Source: an uncultured Aquabacterium sp.
Lineage (GTDB): Bacteria > Pseudomonadota > Gammaproteobacteria > Burkholderiales > Burkholderiaceae_C
NCBI GenBank assembly: GCA_964373965.1
Contig: CAYJXE010000016.1
Span: 23,328 to 87,327 of the forward strand
Direction: 5' to 3'
Length of the DNA stretch: 64,000 nucleotides
Part shown: piece by piece, positions 52,247 to 61,567 of the stretch
Numbering within the stretch: the stretch's first letter is position 1
Layout of the letters: each line of letters starts with the position of its first letter
Position numbers and translations under genes: made by a program
Notes under the pieces: model-generated
The model's database searches: none
Told to the model about the DNA's origin: nothing
The model's input: the letters and a program-made list of their open reading frames with translations, nothing else

Positions 52247-52756
52247 TCAATGGCGCAGTCCCGCCGAAGCAAAGCGCGCCTGCGTGACCTGGTAGCGAGA
52301 CATCGAAGGCATGAGCACTGCGTCAAAGCTGACGCTCTCGCGAGCCGGGCGCACCACCAGGGTGGCGCGGATGGTGAACTGAAGGGCGCGGCCGGGAGCA
52401 TCGTCCTGCCGGAAGTCGACCGCGACCTGCTTAAGGCGGGGCTCATGGGCTTCGATGGCCTTGGCCAGACCGACGGCGATGAAACGCTGGTCCTCTGAAC
52501 TGGCGAGAACACGGCCCGCGAAATCGGGCACACCAAAACACATCACCGACGCACGGGCTTGGGGCCCCAGGGCCGACCACTGGGGGTCGGTCGACAGCAG
52601 CGCGGATCGGGCATTGAGCAGGCGCTCCAGGTCGCGCGCAACGGTGTCACGCAACTGCTCAACCGAACAGGTCTGGATCAGGCCTTCGGGAGCGTCCGGG
52701 TCGGTGGCCAGCAGGCGGTCAAAGAGCCCGCGGCGAATGCGAAGCGCGCTGGACAT
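52247..52756 (-). CDS. tssE: T6SS baseplate subunit (gp25-like)
   Basis: LFDRLL, VARDLERLLNAR, FGVPDF, IEAHEPRLKQV. Confidence 0.9.
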   Translation of the reverse strand: MSSALRIRRGLFDRLLATDPDAPEGLIQTCSVEQLRDTVARDLERLLNARSALLSTDPQWSALGPQARASVMCFGVPDFAGRVLASSEDQRFIAVGLAKAIEAHEPRLKQVAVDFRQDDAPGRALQFTIRATLVVRPARESVSFDAVLMPSMSRYQVTQARFASAGLRH

Positions 52757-52770
52757 GGTGCACAGGTCTC

Positions 52771-52800
52771 AAGAAAAGGCGGGGCGCTCGGCCCCGCCTG
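52771..52800 (-). terminator. Intrinsic terminator/attenuator between hcp and tssE
   Basis: Minus strand reads AGGCGGGGC-CGAGC-GCCCCGCCT-TTTCTT. Confidence 0.75.
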
Positions 52801-52836
52801 ATGCAGGCATCCGTTGAGGATGCCGGCGTTCGCTCA

Positions 52837-53373
52837 TCAGTTCGGAGCGTCGAAGGCGGCCTTGTTGGTGGCCAGGCTCCAGGCAGCGACTTGACCCGGC
52901 TTGGACTTGCCGTCCATGGTCTGCTGGGTGTAGGTCCACTCGACGGCGGAGTAGCGCAGGCCGAACGATTCGGTCGGCAGGCCTTCGGATTCGACCTGGG
53001 GCAGCACTTGCGAGATCAGCACCTTCTTGAGCTTGATCTTGAGGTACAGAACGCGGTCATTCGTGCCGTTTGCGCGCATGAAGTGGATTTCCACGTCGTC
53101 GTACAGGGTACCGGCCGAGCAAGCTTCCCACAGTTGGGGGCTGACCAGGTCCAGGTCCTTGGTGAAGATCATTTCGCCATGCTCGCAACGCTCTGCGGTG
53201 TGGCCGCCAGCGGTCGAAGCCGTGGCCGACTTGGGTTGGCGAATGACGTGGTTCCAGCTGATGGCTTCGAACCAGGGGGCAGCGTGCTGCGTGCCTGCAC
53301 CGGCATCGCGGGACTCGCCCTTGATTTCCTTGCCGTTCAGAGGCTTGCCGAACTTGACGTAGATGTCTTTCAT
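52837..53373 (-). CDS. hcp: T6SS tube protein Hcp
   Basis: IKGESRD, QPKSATASTAGGHTAERCEH, ESFGLRYSAVEWTY, AWSLATN. Confidence 0.95.
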   Translation of the reverse strand: MKDIYVKFGKPLNGKEIKGESRDAGAGTQHAAPWFEAISWNHVIRQPKSATASTAGGHTAERCEHGEMIFTKDLDLVSPQLWEACSAGTLYDDVEIHFMRANGTNDRVLYLKIKLKKVLISQVLPQVESEGLPTESFGLRYSAVEWTYTQQTMDGKSKPGQVAAWSLATNKAAFDAPN

Positions 53374-53446
53374 TTTTTCTCACTCCTGTGTTGATGAACC
53401 GGCTCACTGCGTCAGATTGACGCGCGAGACGGCATGGTGAAACCGG

Positions 53447-54934
53447 TCACTTCGAGCCTTCCGGCAGCTCGGCGACCAGCCGCAGCGAAACCGACAGTTC
53501 GTCCAGTTGGTAATGCGGCCGCACGAAGGCGACGGCGCGGTACGAACCCGGACGACCAGGGACTTCGCTGACTTCGACACTGGCTTCACGCAGGGGCTTT
53601 TGAGCGCGGATCTCTTGAGAGGCATCCTGCGCATCCACCACGTACTGCATCAGCCAGTTGTGCAGGTAACGCTCGACGTCCAGGGTGTTGGCAAAGCTGC
53701 CGACCTTGTCGCGCATCATGGCCTTCATGTAGTGCGCGATGCGGCAGACCGCGAACATGTACTGGAGCTGAGCAGACAGGGTGGCGTTGGCGTTCGCGGC
53801 GTCGCTGTCGTACTTGCGTGCTTTCTGAGCAGACTGCGCACCAAAGAAGGCCGCGTAGTCGGTGTTCTTGCAATGAACCAGGGGGATGAAGCCCAGGTCG
53901 CTGAGCTCTTTCTCGCGACGATCGGTGATGGCCACTTCGGTAGGGCACTTCAGGGCCAGCTCGCCATCGTCGGTCTTGAAAGTGTGGGTTGGCAGGTCTT
54001 CGACGAGACCACCACCTTCGACGCCACGGATGGCGGCACACCAGCCGTAGTGCTCGAAGGCATCGGTCAGGCGAGCCCCCATGGCGTAGGCCGTGTTGAC
54101 CCACAGGTAGCGGCTGTGGTCGCTGCCGTCCACCTCTTCAACGAAGTTGAAGCCTTCGGTGCTGGTGCCTTCCTTCGGGTCATAGGGCAGACGGCCCAGG
54201 AAACGGGGCACGGTCAAGCCGACATAACGCGAGTCCTCCGACTCACGGAAAGACTTCCACTTGGCATAGTCGACCGTGTCGAACACCTTGGCCAGGTCGC
54301 GGGGGCGACCCAACTCGGTGAACGATTCAAGCCCGAACAGTTCAGACGAGGCCGAAGAGATGAAGGGCGCATGGGCGGCGGCCGCCACATGCGACATCTG
54401 TTCGACGAAGTACATGTCTTCGGCACCACGGCCGATTTCGTAGTCACCGATGAGGGCACCAAAGGGTGCGCCGCCGAAGGTGCCGAACTCTTCTTCGTAG
54501 ACCTTCTTGAACAACGCCGATTGGTCGAAGTCGATGGCGGTCTTGAAGTCCTTGACCATGTCCTTCTTGGTGGCATTGAGCAGCTTGATCTTCAGGCGCT
54601 CGCCGGTCGATGTTTGCTTGCACAGGTACTGCAAGCCCGTCCAGGTGGATTCGAGCTTCTGGAACTCAGGCGCGTGCATCACGGCGCTGAGCTGCGTCGA
54701 GATGAGGCGATCGATCTCGGCGATGCGGGCGTCGATGCTGGCCGAGAGGTTGTCGGAGATGGTGACCGTGCCGGCCATGACCTCGCGCACCAGCTCGCCA
54801 ATGATGTCCTTGGCACGGGCGTGTTCGACATCGGTCTTGGCGACCTTGCTGCGCGCGACGATGTCGTCGAGCAGGCCGAGGCCTTCGGTGGTGGCGGCTT
54901 GCGGCTGGCCTTGGGGTTGCAGTTGGGCGCTCAT
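53447..54934 (-). CDS. tssC: T6SS contractile sheath large subunit
   Basis: MHAPEFQKLESTW, VYEEEFGTFGG, AAAHAPFI, IRGVEGGG, CPTEVAITDRRE, RPHYQL. Confidence 0.97.
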   Translation of the reverse strand: MSAQLQPQGQPQAATTEGLGLLDDIVARSKVAKTDVEHARAKDIIGELVREVMAGTVTISDNLSASIDARIAEIDRLISTQLSAVMHAPEFQKLESTWTGLQYLCKQTSTGERLKIKLLNATKKDMVKDFKTAIDFDQSALFKKVYEEEFGTFGGAPFGALIGDYEIGRGAEDMYFVEQMSHVAAAAHAPFISSASSELFGLESFTELGRPRDLAKVFDTVDYAKWKSFRESEDSRYVGLTVPRFLGRLPYDPKEGTSTEGFNFVEEVDGSDHSRYLWVNTAYAMGARLTDAFEHYGWCAAIRGVEGGGLVEDLPTHTFKTDDGELALKCPTEVAITDRREKELSDLGFIPLVHCKNTDYAAFFGAQSAQKARKYDSDAANANATLSAQLQYMFAVCRIAHYMKAMMRDKVGSFANTLDVERYLHNWLMQYVVDAQDASQEIRAQKPLREASVEVSEVPGRPGSYRAVAFVRPHYQLDELSVSLRLVAELPEGSK

Positions 54935-54938
54935 GGGG

Positions 54939-55457
54939 TCACTCCTTGTCCTGGCCTTGGGCGGCCTCGGCTTCGATGCGCTGACGTTGCTCGGTGTTGC
55001 TCAGCACCTCTGCCAGCGCGTCTTCGAGCTTTTCATTGCCGGCCAGCTTGTTGCGCAAGTCCGATAGCTTGGTGCGCGCTTCCAGCAGCTTGCGAAGCGG
55101 GTCAACCTGTTGGACCACCGACTCGGGGCGGAAGTCATCCATGCTGTTGAACTGCAGGTTGACACCGAACTCGCCTTCACCCGCGAGCTTGTTGGGCACG
55201 CGGAAGCTGGCACGCGGCGACATGCCGGCCATGACCTCGTCGAAGTTGTCCATGTCCACCTGGACAAAGGCCCGATCCTTGAGCTTGGGCAAAGGCTTAT
55301 CGGGATCAGCTTGACCGGTGAAGTCACCCATCACGCCGACCACGAAAGGGATTTCCTTTTGCTCGATGGCATCACCCACCTCGACGTCGTAAGTGAGTTG
55401 CACACGCGGTGGACGCACGCGACCGAGTCGCTGTTGAACGCTGTCTTTCTTGGCCAT
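54939..55457 (-). CDS. tssB: T6SS contractile sheath small subunit
   Basis: SVQQRLGRVRPPRVQLTYDVE, EIPFVVGVMGDF, DDFRPESV, LLEARTKL. Confidence 0.97.
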   Translation of the reverse strand: MAKKDSVQQRLGRVRPPRVQLTYDVEVGDAIEQKEIPFVVGVMGDFTGQADPDKPLPKLKDRAFVQVDMDNFDEVMAGMSPRASFRVPNKLAGEGEFGVNLQFNSMDDFRPESVVQQVDPLRKLLEARTKLSDLRNKLAGNEKLEDALAEVLSNTEQRQRIEAEAAQGQDKE

Positions 55458-55480
55458 GACCGGACTCCTTGAAGGTGGAT

Positions 55481-56236
55481 TTACTGCAATGCCCCAAAGG
55501 GGTTGTTCCGGCCGGCCGGAGCCGGCGCGGGACGGGCCGCCGGAGCGGGCTTGGAAACAGTGGGTGGCTGCGTTGCAGGCGCCTTTGCCGGCGCCGCCAG
55601 CACAGGTGCCACCGCAGGCGCTGCGCCATTTGTTGGGCGCGCAGCAGGGCTCACCGGAGGCCGGGGAGCACTCCGCCCGCTGCGCCGAGGAGCAGGCTCG
55701 GCCGAAGCAGCAGGCCCTGAAGCCGTGGGCGCCAGCAAGATGGGCTCACCCAGTGCCTGGTGAATGACGCGTGCCACGCTTTCGGCCTCGCTGCGAGTGG
55801 AGCCGGTGACCTCGTTGGCCTTGCGGAGCTGATCCAGCGCCGAAGCACTCACGCGCAAGCCGCTGACCGCCAGGATGCTCTGAGCGGTGAGGTCGTTCAC
55901 ATCGCGTTGCAAGGCCTCATGCGCTTGCGTGATGGCCGGGCCGTACTGTCGGGCCTCGAAGTGGATCTGCGCCTTGCGCAGCCAAGGTTGCTTGGCGGCC
56001 GGATCAATCCGGGCGGCCTCGTCCAGCAGCTGCAGTGCCTGGTCGGTTTGTCCCTGCTTCTGAGCTTTGTCGGCTGCGCTGAGGCTTTCGTCCAGCTTCT
56101 CCTGAACCAGTCGTTTCTCGACCTGGGGGTCCTTCGAACCCATGCTGGAACAACCTTGCAAGGTGGCCACAAAAGCCACGCTGACACCCATGAAAACCGC
56201 GGCGCGAAGCCGACGGCCTTGGCCCGTCCTGCTCAA
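55481..56236 (-). CDS. T6SS-associated TPR lipoprotein with Pro/Ala-rich tail
   Basis: TTG at 56236 after GGGAG, lipobox LQG-C, TPR-like helices (AKQPWLRKAQIHFEARQYGPAI), tail ending NNPFGALQ; first gene before tssB. Confidence 0.75.
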   Translation of the reverse strand: MSRTGQGRRLRAAVFMGVSVAFVATLQGCSSMGSKDPQVEKRLVQEKLDESLSAADKAQKQGQTDQALQLLDEAARIDPAAKQPWLRKAQIHFEARQYGPAITQAHEALQRDVNDLTAQSILAVSGLRVSASALDQLRKANEVTGSTRSEAESVARVIHQALGEPILLAPTASGPAASAEPAPRRSGRSAPRPPVSPAARPTNGAAPAVAPVLAAPAKAPATQPPTVSKPAPAARPAPAPAGRNNPFGALQ

Positions 56237-56502
56237 TCTGATGCTCCCTGTTTGGATCTGTGTTGCGACGCCGTGCCATCGGGACGATCGGCCGTCATTG
56301 CGGCGGATTAGAGCCGAATTCACGGAGGCCTCCAGCCCTCTTTCGGGGGTGATTTACAGACTCTTTCAACTGGTTTCATGTCCACCTCCCCTCTGCTGGG
56401 GGGATGCGTCCCAGAACACCTTTCCTGATCCGTACACTGCACGCCGAAAAGCGGCGCAACCAACGACCGCACAAATCCAAGGGACCAAAAGGGAAGGACC
56501 CC

Positions 56503-57213
56503 ATGCGCCACATGCAGCGCACGCATCGTCAATGCCGATCAGGGGTTCGCCGCGATGAGCGACTGGCTCTCAGCACCACCGCACGCAGCATCTGCACGGC
56601 CTGGCTGTTGCTGTCGCTCATTGGATGCGGCAGTGCGCCAGCGCGCTTGCCGCCATCGGCCACCGAGACCTCAGGGGTGAGCGGCTGGCTCGAAAAAGCG
56701 GGCGACAAGGCACTCGAGTTGACCGGATTGAAAAAGCCCGAGGTGCCCGACAGCGCCCTGCCCGACCGACGCATCACGTGGCGACTGCACGCCAGCCCAT
56801 CGCTCAACACCTTGCCAGACGGGCAGTCCTTGTCGCTGCTGGTTCGCGTTTACCGCCTGCGAGCACCCGACAGTTTCTTGCAGGCGCCAGCCGACACGTT
56901 CGGCGACCCGGCTCTCGAAAAGGAGCGCCTGGGCGACGACCTGGTGTCCGTGCGCGAAGTGCAACTGGTGCCGGGGCAACGTCATGAGGCCACGGACAAA
57001 CTGCCACGCGACATCGCTCACGTTGGCATCGTGGCCCTTTATCGCCAACCGGTGGCAGGCCGCTGGAGATACGCCTTCCCAGCCAACCTGGCCGAGATCA
57101 CAGGCATTGAAGTGGGCTTGCACGCCTGCGCCATGACCGTGCACGCAGGCCAACCCGTTGGCGTGTCAAGCGAGCGCGTGCGATCCGCCTCGGTCGCATG
57201 CCCCGGTGCATGA
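56503..57213 (+). CDS. tssJ: T6SS outer-membrane lipoprotein
   Basis: Lipobox LIG-C, LHASPSLN, LLVRVYRL, REVQLVPGQ, VGIVALYRQP. Start uncertain. Confidence 0.85.
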   Translation: MRHMQRTHRQCRSGVRRDERLALSTTARSICTAWLLLSLIGCGSAPARLPPSATETSGVSGWLEKAGDKALELTGLKKPEVPDSALPDRRITWRLHASPSLNTLPDGQSLSLLVRVYRLRAPDSFLQAPADTFGDPALEKERLGDDLVSVREVQLVPGQRHEATDKLPRDIAHVGIVALYRQPVAGRWRYAFPANLAEITGIEVGLHACAMTVHAGQPVGVSSERVRSASVACPGA

Positions 57214-57264
57214 CGCCGTCCAGCCAACCTGCTGCCAACACATGTCATTTCCGGAGGTAAGCAC

Positions 57265-58620
57265 TTGATCCAGTCACCCAAAGTCCTGTGGGGAGAAGGC
57301 CTGTTCCTGAGGCCGCAACACTTCCAGCAGCAAGACGCTTACCACGAATGGCGCCTGACGCAGGCCAGTCGCGCCCTGCACCCGCACGCCTGGGGTGTGC
57401 GCCACCTCAAGCTCGACGCGGATGCACTGCAAACCGGCGTGCTGCGCGTCCTGGAGTTGCAGGTCGTGATGCCCGACGGCGACATGGTCCATGCTCCCGC
57501 CGAGGACGAATTGCCCCCCCCCGTGGTGCTGGGCTCGCTGCCATCGACCCAGGAGGGCAGCACCGTGACTTTTCACCTGGCCACCGCAGCGCTGCGCAGC
57601 CAGGGCAGCAACATGGCCGCCACCCAGCAAGAAGCTGACACGGCCGTTCGCTACCACCGTGCACCGGTTCAAGTCGCCGACCGCTACACCGACGCGGTGA
57701 GCGCCGAGTTGATGACGCTGCGTCGCTCGACCAAGTTGCTGCCGGACACCAGCGCTCGCGACCACCTGGTGAGCCTGCCTCTGGTGCGTCTGCGTCGAAC
57801 GTCCGCCGGCAGCTTCGAGCTCGATGGTCGCTTCATGCCACCTTCGCTGCACATCCAGGCATCGCCCATGTTGACCCTGCACCTGCGCAGGCTCATGGAC
57901 GCGCTGCAAGCCAAGGTCGACGCCCTGTACGGCATGCACCGCGAGCCCAGCAAACACGTCATCGAGTTCAGATCGGGTGACATCGCCTCGTTCTGGCTGC
58001 TTCACACGGCCAGCACCGCGCTCGCGGGCCTGACCCACCTCGCCCGCAACCCTGGCTTTCACCCCGAGCGCCTGTTCGAGCGGCTCTTGGAGCTGGCAGG
58101 CTCCTTGATGACGTTCTCACGCAGCTTCACCCTGGCCGACCTGCCAACCTACGACCACGCTCAGCCCGGTCAGGCCTTTGTCAAACTCGATCAAGTCATC
58201 CGCGAGTTGCTCGAGACGGTGATCTCCACGCGCAGTTTCGCCATCTCCCTGCACGAAGCCGCTCCGTCCTTTCACCGTGGCCGCCTGGATTCCGAGCAAA
58301 TCACCCCTGGCACCCAGTTCTACCTGGGTGTCAGCGCATCGATGCCCCCGGCAGAGCTGGTGGAGATCGTGCCCCAGCGCTTCAAGGTCGGCGCACCGGA
58401 CGACGTGGACAAGCTCGTGCTCTCGGCCATGCCTGGCGTGCGCCTGACCCACGTGCCACAGGTACCTGCCGCGGTGCCTGTTCGTCCTGGCAACTACTAT
58501 TTTTCGCTGGAGCCTCGTGGCGCGCTGTACGAGCGCATGCTGCAGGCCCAGTCGCTCACCCTCTACACGCCAACCGGCATCCAGGACCTGACCCTGGAGC
58601 TGGTGGCGATCAACGCCTGA
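57265..58620 (+). CDS. tssK: T6SS baseplate subunit
   Basis: KVLWGEGLFLRPQHFQQQD, HPERLF, FKVGAPDDV, LSAMPGV. TTG start after GGAGG. Confidence 0.95.
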   Translation: MIQSPKVLWGEGLFLRPQHFQQQDAYHEWRLTQASRALHPHAWGVRHLKLDADALQTGVLRVLELQVVMPDGDMVHAPAEDELPPPVVLGSLPSTQEGSTVTFHLATAALRSQGSNMAATQQEADTAVRYHRAPVQVADRYTDAVSAELMTLRRSTKLLPDTSARDHLVSLPLVRLRRTSAGSFELDGRFMPPSLHIQASPMLTLHLRRLMDALQAKVDALYGMHREPSKHVIEFRSGDIASFWLLHTASTALAGLTHLARNPGFHPERLFERLLELAGSLMTFSRSFTLADLPTYDHAQPGQAFVKLDQVIRELLETVISTRSFAISLHEAAPSFHRGRLDSEQITPGTQFYLGVSASMPPAELVEIVPQRFKVGAPDDVDKLVLSAMPGVRLTHVPQVPAAVPVRPGNYYFSLEPRGALYERMLQAQSLTLYTPTGIQDLTLELVAINA

Positions 58621-58630
58621 GCCCGACCCC

Positions 58631-59437
58631 ATGAGTGCATCCGCCCACCCACCCAGCTTATTCGGCAGCAGCCAGCCGCCGCAAGGCACACCAATCCAGG
58701 GAGCAGCCGGCGCGCAGTCCTCGGCGGCGAGCGCGTCCTCGCGCCTGCTAGACCTGATGTACGACGGCTTCTACTTGCTGTTTTTGCTCAAAGGCAAACA
58801 CGCACCGACGGACGCCGAGGTCTTCCGTGATCGCATCAAGCAGTTCTTGACCCAATTCGAGCGGGGTGCGGGCAAACTCGGTGCTTCCGCTGAGGACATC
58901 TACGCTTGCAAATACGCCTTCTGCGCCACGGTGGATGAAGCTGTGCTGATGTCCTCATTCAAGGTGCGTGAAAGCTGGCAACGCCTGCCCCTGCAGGTGC
59001 AGTTCTTTGGCGACCAACTGGCGGGTGAGCAGTTCTTCCTCAAGCTGGACGACATGCGCCAGCAAGGCGCGGCACGCCTGCAGGTGATGGAGGTCTACCA
59101 GATGTGCCTGCTGCTGGGCTTCCAAGGCAAGTACCTGATCGAAGGCAGCGAAAAGCTGGGCTACCTGACCGCCAGGCTGGGTGACGAGATCGCTCGCATG
59201 CGCGGCAACTCGGCAGGGTTCGCGCCGCACTGGGCCGCGCCCGATCGCGTGCGACACCAACTGCGTCACCAGGTGCCTCTTTGGGCCATCGGCTCGCTGT
59301 TCGGCCTGATGGCTGCCCTGGCTTTCATCGGCTTGCGCTGGCAGCTCTCCGAACACACCCAGGCAACCTTGGGTGCCCACCATCACATCGTGCAACTGGC
59401 CCCGCAGTCGGCGCACATCACCATCACCCTGCCCTGA
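58631..59437 (+). CDS. tssL: T6SS inner-membrane protein DotU/TssL (no OmpA domain)
   Basis: YAFCATVDEAVL, WQRLPLQVQFFG, AGEQFF, CLLLGFQGKY, single C-terminal TM. Confidence 0.93.
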   Translation: MSASAHPPSLFGSSQPPQGTPIQGAAGAQSSAASASSRLLDLMYDGFYLLFLLKGKHAPTDAEVFRDRIKQFLTQFERGAGKLGASAEDIYACKYAFCATVDEAVLMSSFKVRESWQRLPLQVQFFGDQLAGEQFFLKLDDMRQQGAARLQVMEVYQMCLLLGFQGKYLIEGSEKLGYLTARLGDEIARMRGNSAGFAPHWAAPDRVRHQLRHQVPLWAIGSLFGLMAALAFIGLRWQLSEHTQATLGAHHHIVQLAPQSAHITITLP

Positions 59438-60850
59438 TCAGTCGGCGTCTGGCAAGCCCGGTGCGTCGGGGCCTCCCGGCTCGCTTGCAACGTCCGGCGC
59501 GCGTGCGTCACCGGCGAGCTGGCGCAGGTGCCTGACCCGCTCACCGATTTTGATCTCCAGGCCACGCGACACGGGCTGGTAGAAAGCCTGCGGCGCCATG
59601 CCATCCGGGAAGTAGCGCTCGCCTGCGGCCACCCCATCGGGCTCGTCGTGAGCGTAGCGGTACCCATCGCCGTGGCCGAGTTGCTTCATCAGCTTGGTGG
59701 GGGCGTTGCGCAGGTGCATGGGCACCGGCCGCGTGGTGTCTTGCTTGACCCAGGCACGCACCGCCTTGTAGGCCGTGTAGGCGGCGTTGCTCTTGGGTGC
59801 GACAGCGAGGTAGATCACGCATTGCGCGAGCGTCAGTTCACCTTCGGGCGAGCCCAGTCGCTCATAGGTTTCGGAGGCATCCAACGCCATGCGCAGGGCT
59901 CGCGGATCAGCCAGGCCGATGTCTTCGCTGGCCATGCGCACCAGGCGCCGAGCGATGTAGCGCGGATCCACCCCGCCATCAACCATGCGCACGAACCAGT
60001 ACAGCGCCGCATCGGGGTCCGAGCCCCGCACCGACTTGTGCAGCGCCGAGATGGTGTCGTAGAACTGATCACCCCCCTTGTCGTAGCGTCGCAGCTGTTC
60101 GCCCAGGGCTCGCTCCAGTTCCGGCTCGTCCAGCACATCCTGCCCCTTGAGCATGCCGCACAAGGCTTCATAGGTGTTGAGAGCACGACGTGCGTCGCCA
60201 TCTGCGTAAGCAATGAGGCGATCGCGCGCGGCTGCGGTCAACGAGGGTCCCGACAGCGCCTCGCGCCCTTTCTCCAGCAGCTGCACCATGGCTTCGTGGT
60301 CCATGGCGCGCAGCACGTGCACGGTGGCGCGGGACAGCAGCGCGGCGTTGACCTCGAAGGATGGGTTCTCGGTCGTGGCGCCGATGAAGGTGAACAGCCC
60401 CGACTCGACGTGCGGCAAGAAAGCATCTTGCTGGGCCTTGTTGAATCGGTGCACCTCGTCGACAAAAACAATGGTGCGCCGCCCGCTTCGCAGTGCTGCA
60501 TGAGCCTGCTCGACCGCCTCGCGGATGTCCTTGACACCTCCCAAAACTGCCGAAATCGCGATGAACAGGGCGTCAACCGTGCCCGCCATCAAACGGGCCA
60601 GGGTGGTCTTGCCAACACCCGGGGGGCCCCATAGGATCATGGAGTGAGGTTGCCCCGACTCGAAGGCGACCCGCAGAGGCTGCCCCGCGCCAAGCAGGTG
60701 GTCCTGCCCCATCACGTCGGCCAACGAACGAGGACGCAGGCGCTCGGCCAGCGGGGCATGGGGCGAGGCTTGGCCACGCCCAGCCGATGCATTCGCCTTC
60801 CCAGGGGATGGCGTTGGTTCGGGAAAGTCCAGGGACAAGGAGTCTTGCAT
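59438..60850 (-). CDS. rarA: Replication-associated recombination protein A
   Basis: [67 protein letters not shown]. Confidence 0.96.
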   Translation of the reverse strand: MQDSLSLDFPEPTPSPGKANASAGRGQASPHAPLAERLRPRSLADVMGQDHLLGAGQPLRVAFESGQPHSMILWGPPGVGKTTLARLMAGTVDALFIAISAVLGGVKDIREAVEQAHAALRSGRRTIVFVDEVHRFNKAQQDAFLPHVESGLFTFIGATTENPSFEVNAALLSRATVHVLRAMDHEAMVQLLEKGREALSGPSLTAAARDRLIAYADGDARRALNTYEALCGMLKGQDVLDEPELERALGEQLRRYDKGGDQFYDTISALHKSVRGSDPDAALYWFVRMVDGGVDPRYIARRLVRMASEDIGLADPRALRMALDASETYERLGSPEGELTLAQCVIYLAVAPKSNAAYTAYKAVRAWVKQDTTRPVPMHLRNAPTKLMKQLGHGDGYRYAHDEPDGVAAGERYFPDGMAPQAFYQPVSRGLEIKIGERVRHLRQLAGDARAPDVASEPGGPDAPGLPDAD

Positions 60851-61133
60851 GGGCACGATTGTCGCGCGCGGCCACTCCCCGGGGCAAAAGGTCGAAATGT
60901 GACTGTTTGATGAAGGTAAACACCGATTTGGACAAGGTGCGTCAGGCGCATGCTTGATGCATCCGGCGCTCGTTCAGGTCGGCAGCCCCCGATCCCACAA
61001 CGAGCAACGCTGAGGTGTCACATGTTGACTTTGACCCTGCTGGCCCTGGTGGCCGTTCCCGTCGCCATCGACCTGGCCCTTCGCGGTCGCCACCAAACCA
61101 TCGAGCTGTCCATGGCGCGCTCCGCGGCGACGC

Positions 61134-61162
61134 TTGACAAATCGGCCTTGATGTAAGAAAAT
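61134..61162 (+). promoter_or_regulatory. sigma70 promoter upstream of the DEAD-box helicase
   Basis: TTGACA (61134-61139), 17 bp spacer, GAAAAT (61157-61162). Confidence 0.65.
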
Positions 61163-61567
61163 GCGCGACTTGCCGATACCGGGGAAACCCGAGGAGCCCG
61201 GAACATCAACCGGGGCCTGATTTTTCCTGGCTCGGCAGTTCGTTCATCCCCTCTGACCTCTTTCAAGCCAGTTGGCTTGCGCCCTGAGCGCAACACAGTC
61301 AACTGAAGCGAGGACGGCGCTCTCTCATCCGCAAGGACACACCAGAGCGCCCCTGTCGTGTCTTGAGTTTCGGTTGGCGGCGATGCCGTCGCTTTGACCG
61401 ACTCAACGTGACCCCGGCCCCACGGCAAGACCGTCGGCCGCCACGCAGTCCGGACACGTTCCCAGCGACTCACCATGTCCTGCCGCGCATTTGCGCCCGG
61501 CAGGCAGGCTCTGTTGTTGCCGCGCCAACTGCGCGGACGCGGGGCTGCTCTCTCTTTGGATGTCAAC

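Noticed and set aside
46400-59437. T6SS as a mobile island
   Set aside because: No integrase, transposase, tRNA or flanking direct repeats were found.
61022-61156. 44-aa hydrophobic small ORF (MLTLTLLALVAVPVAI..)
   Set aside because: No clear Shine-Dalgarno, and its 3' end overlaps the predicted helicase promoter. It cannot be supported without ribosome profiling, though it is not excluded.
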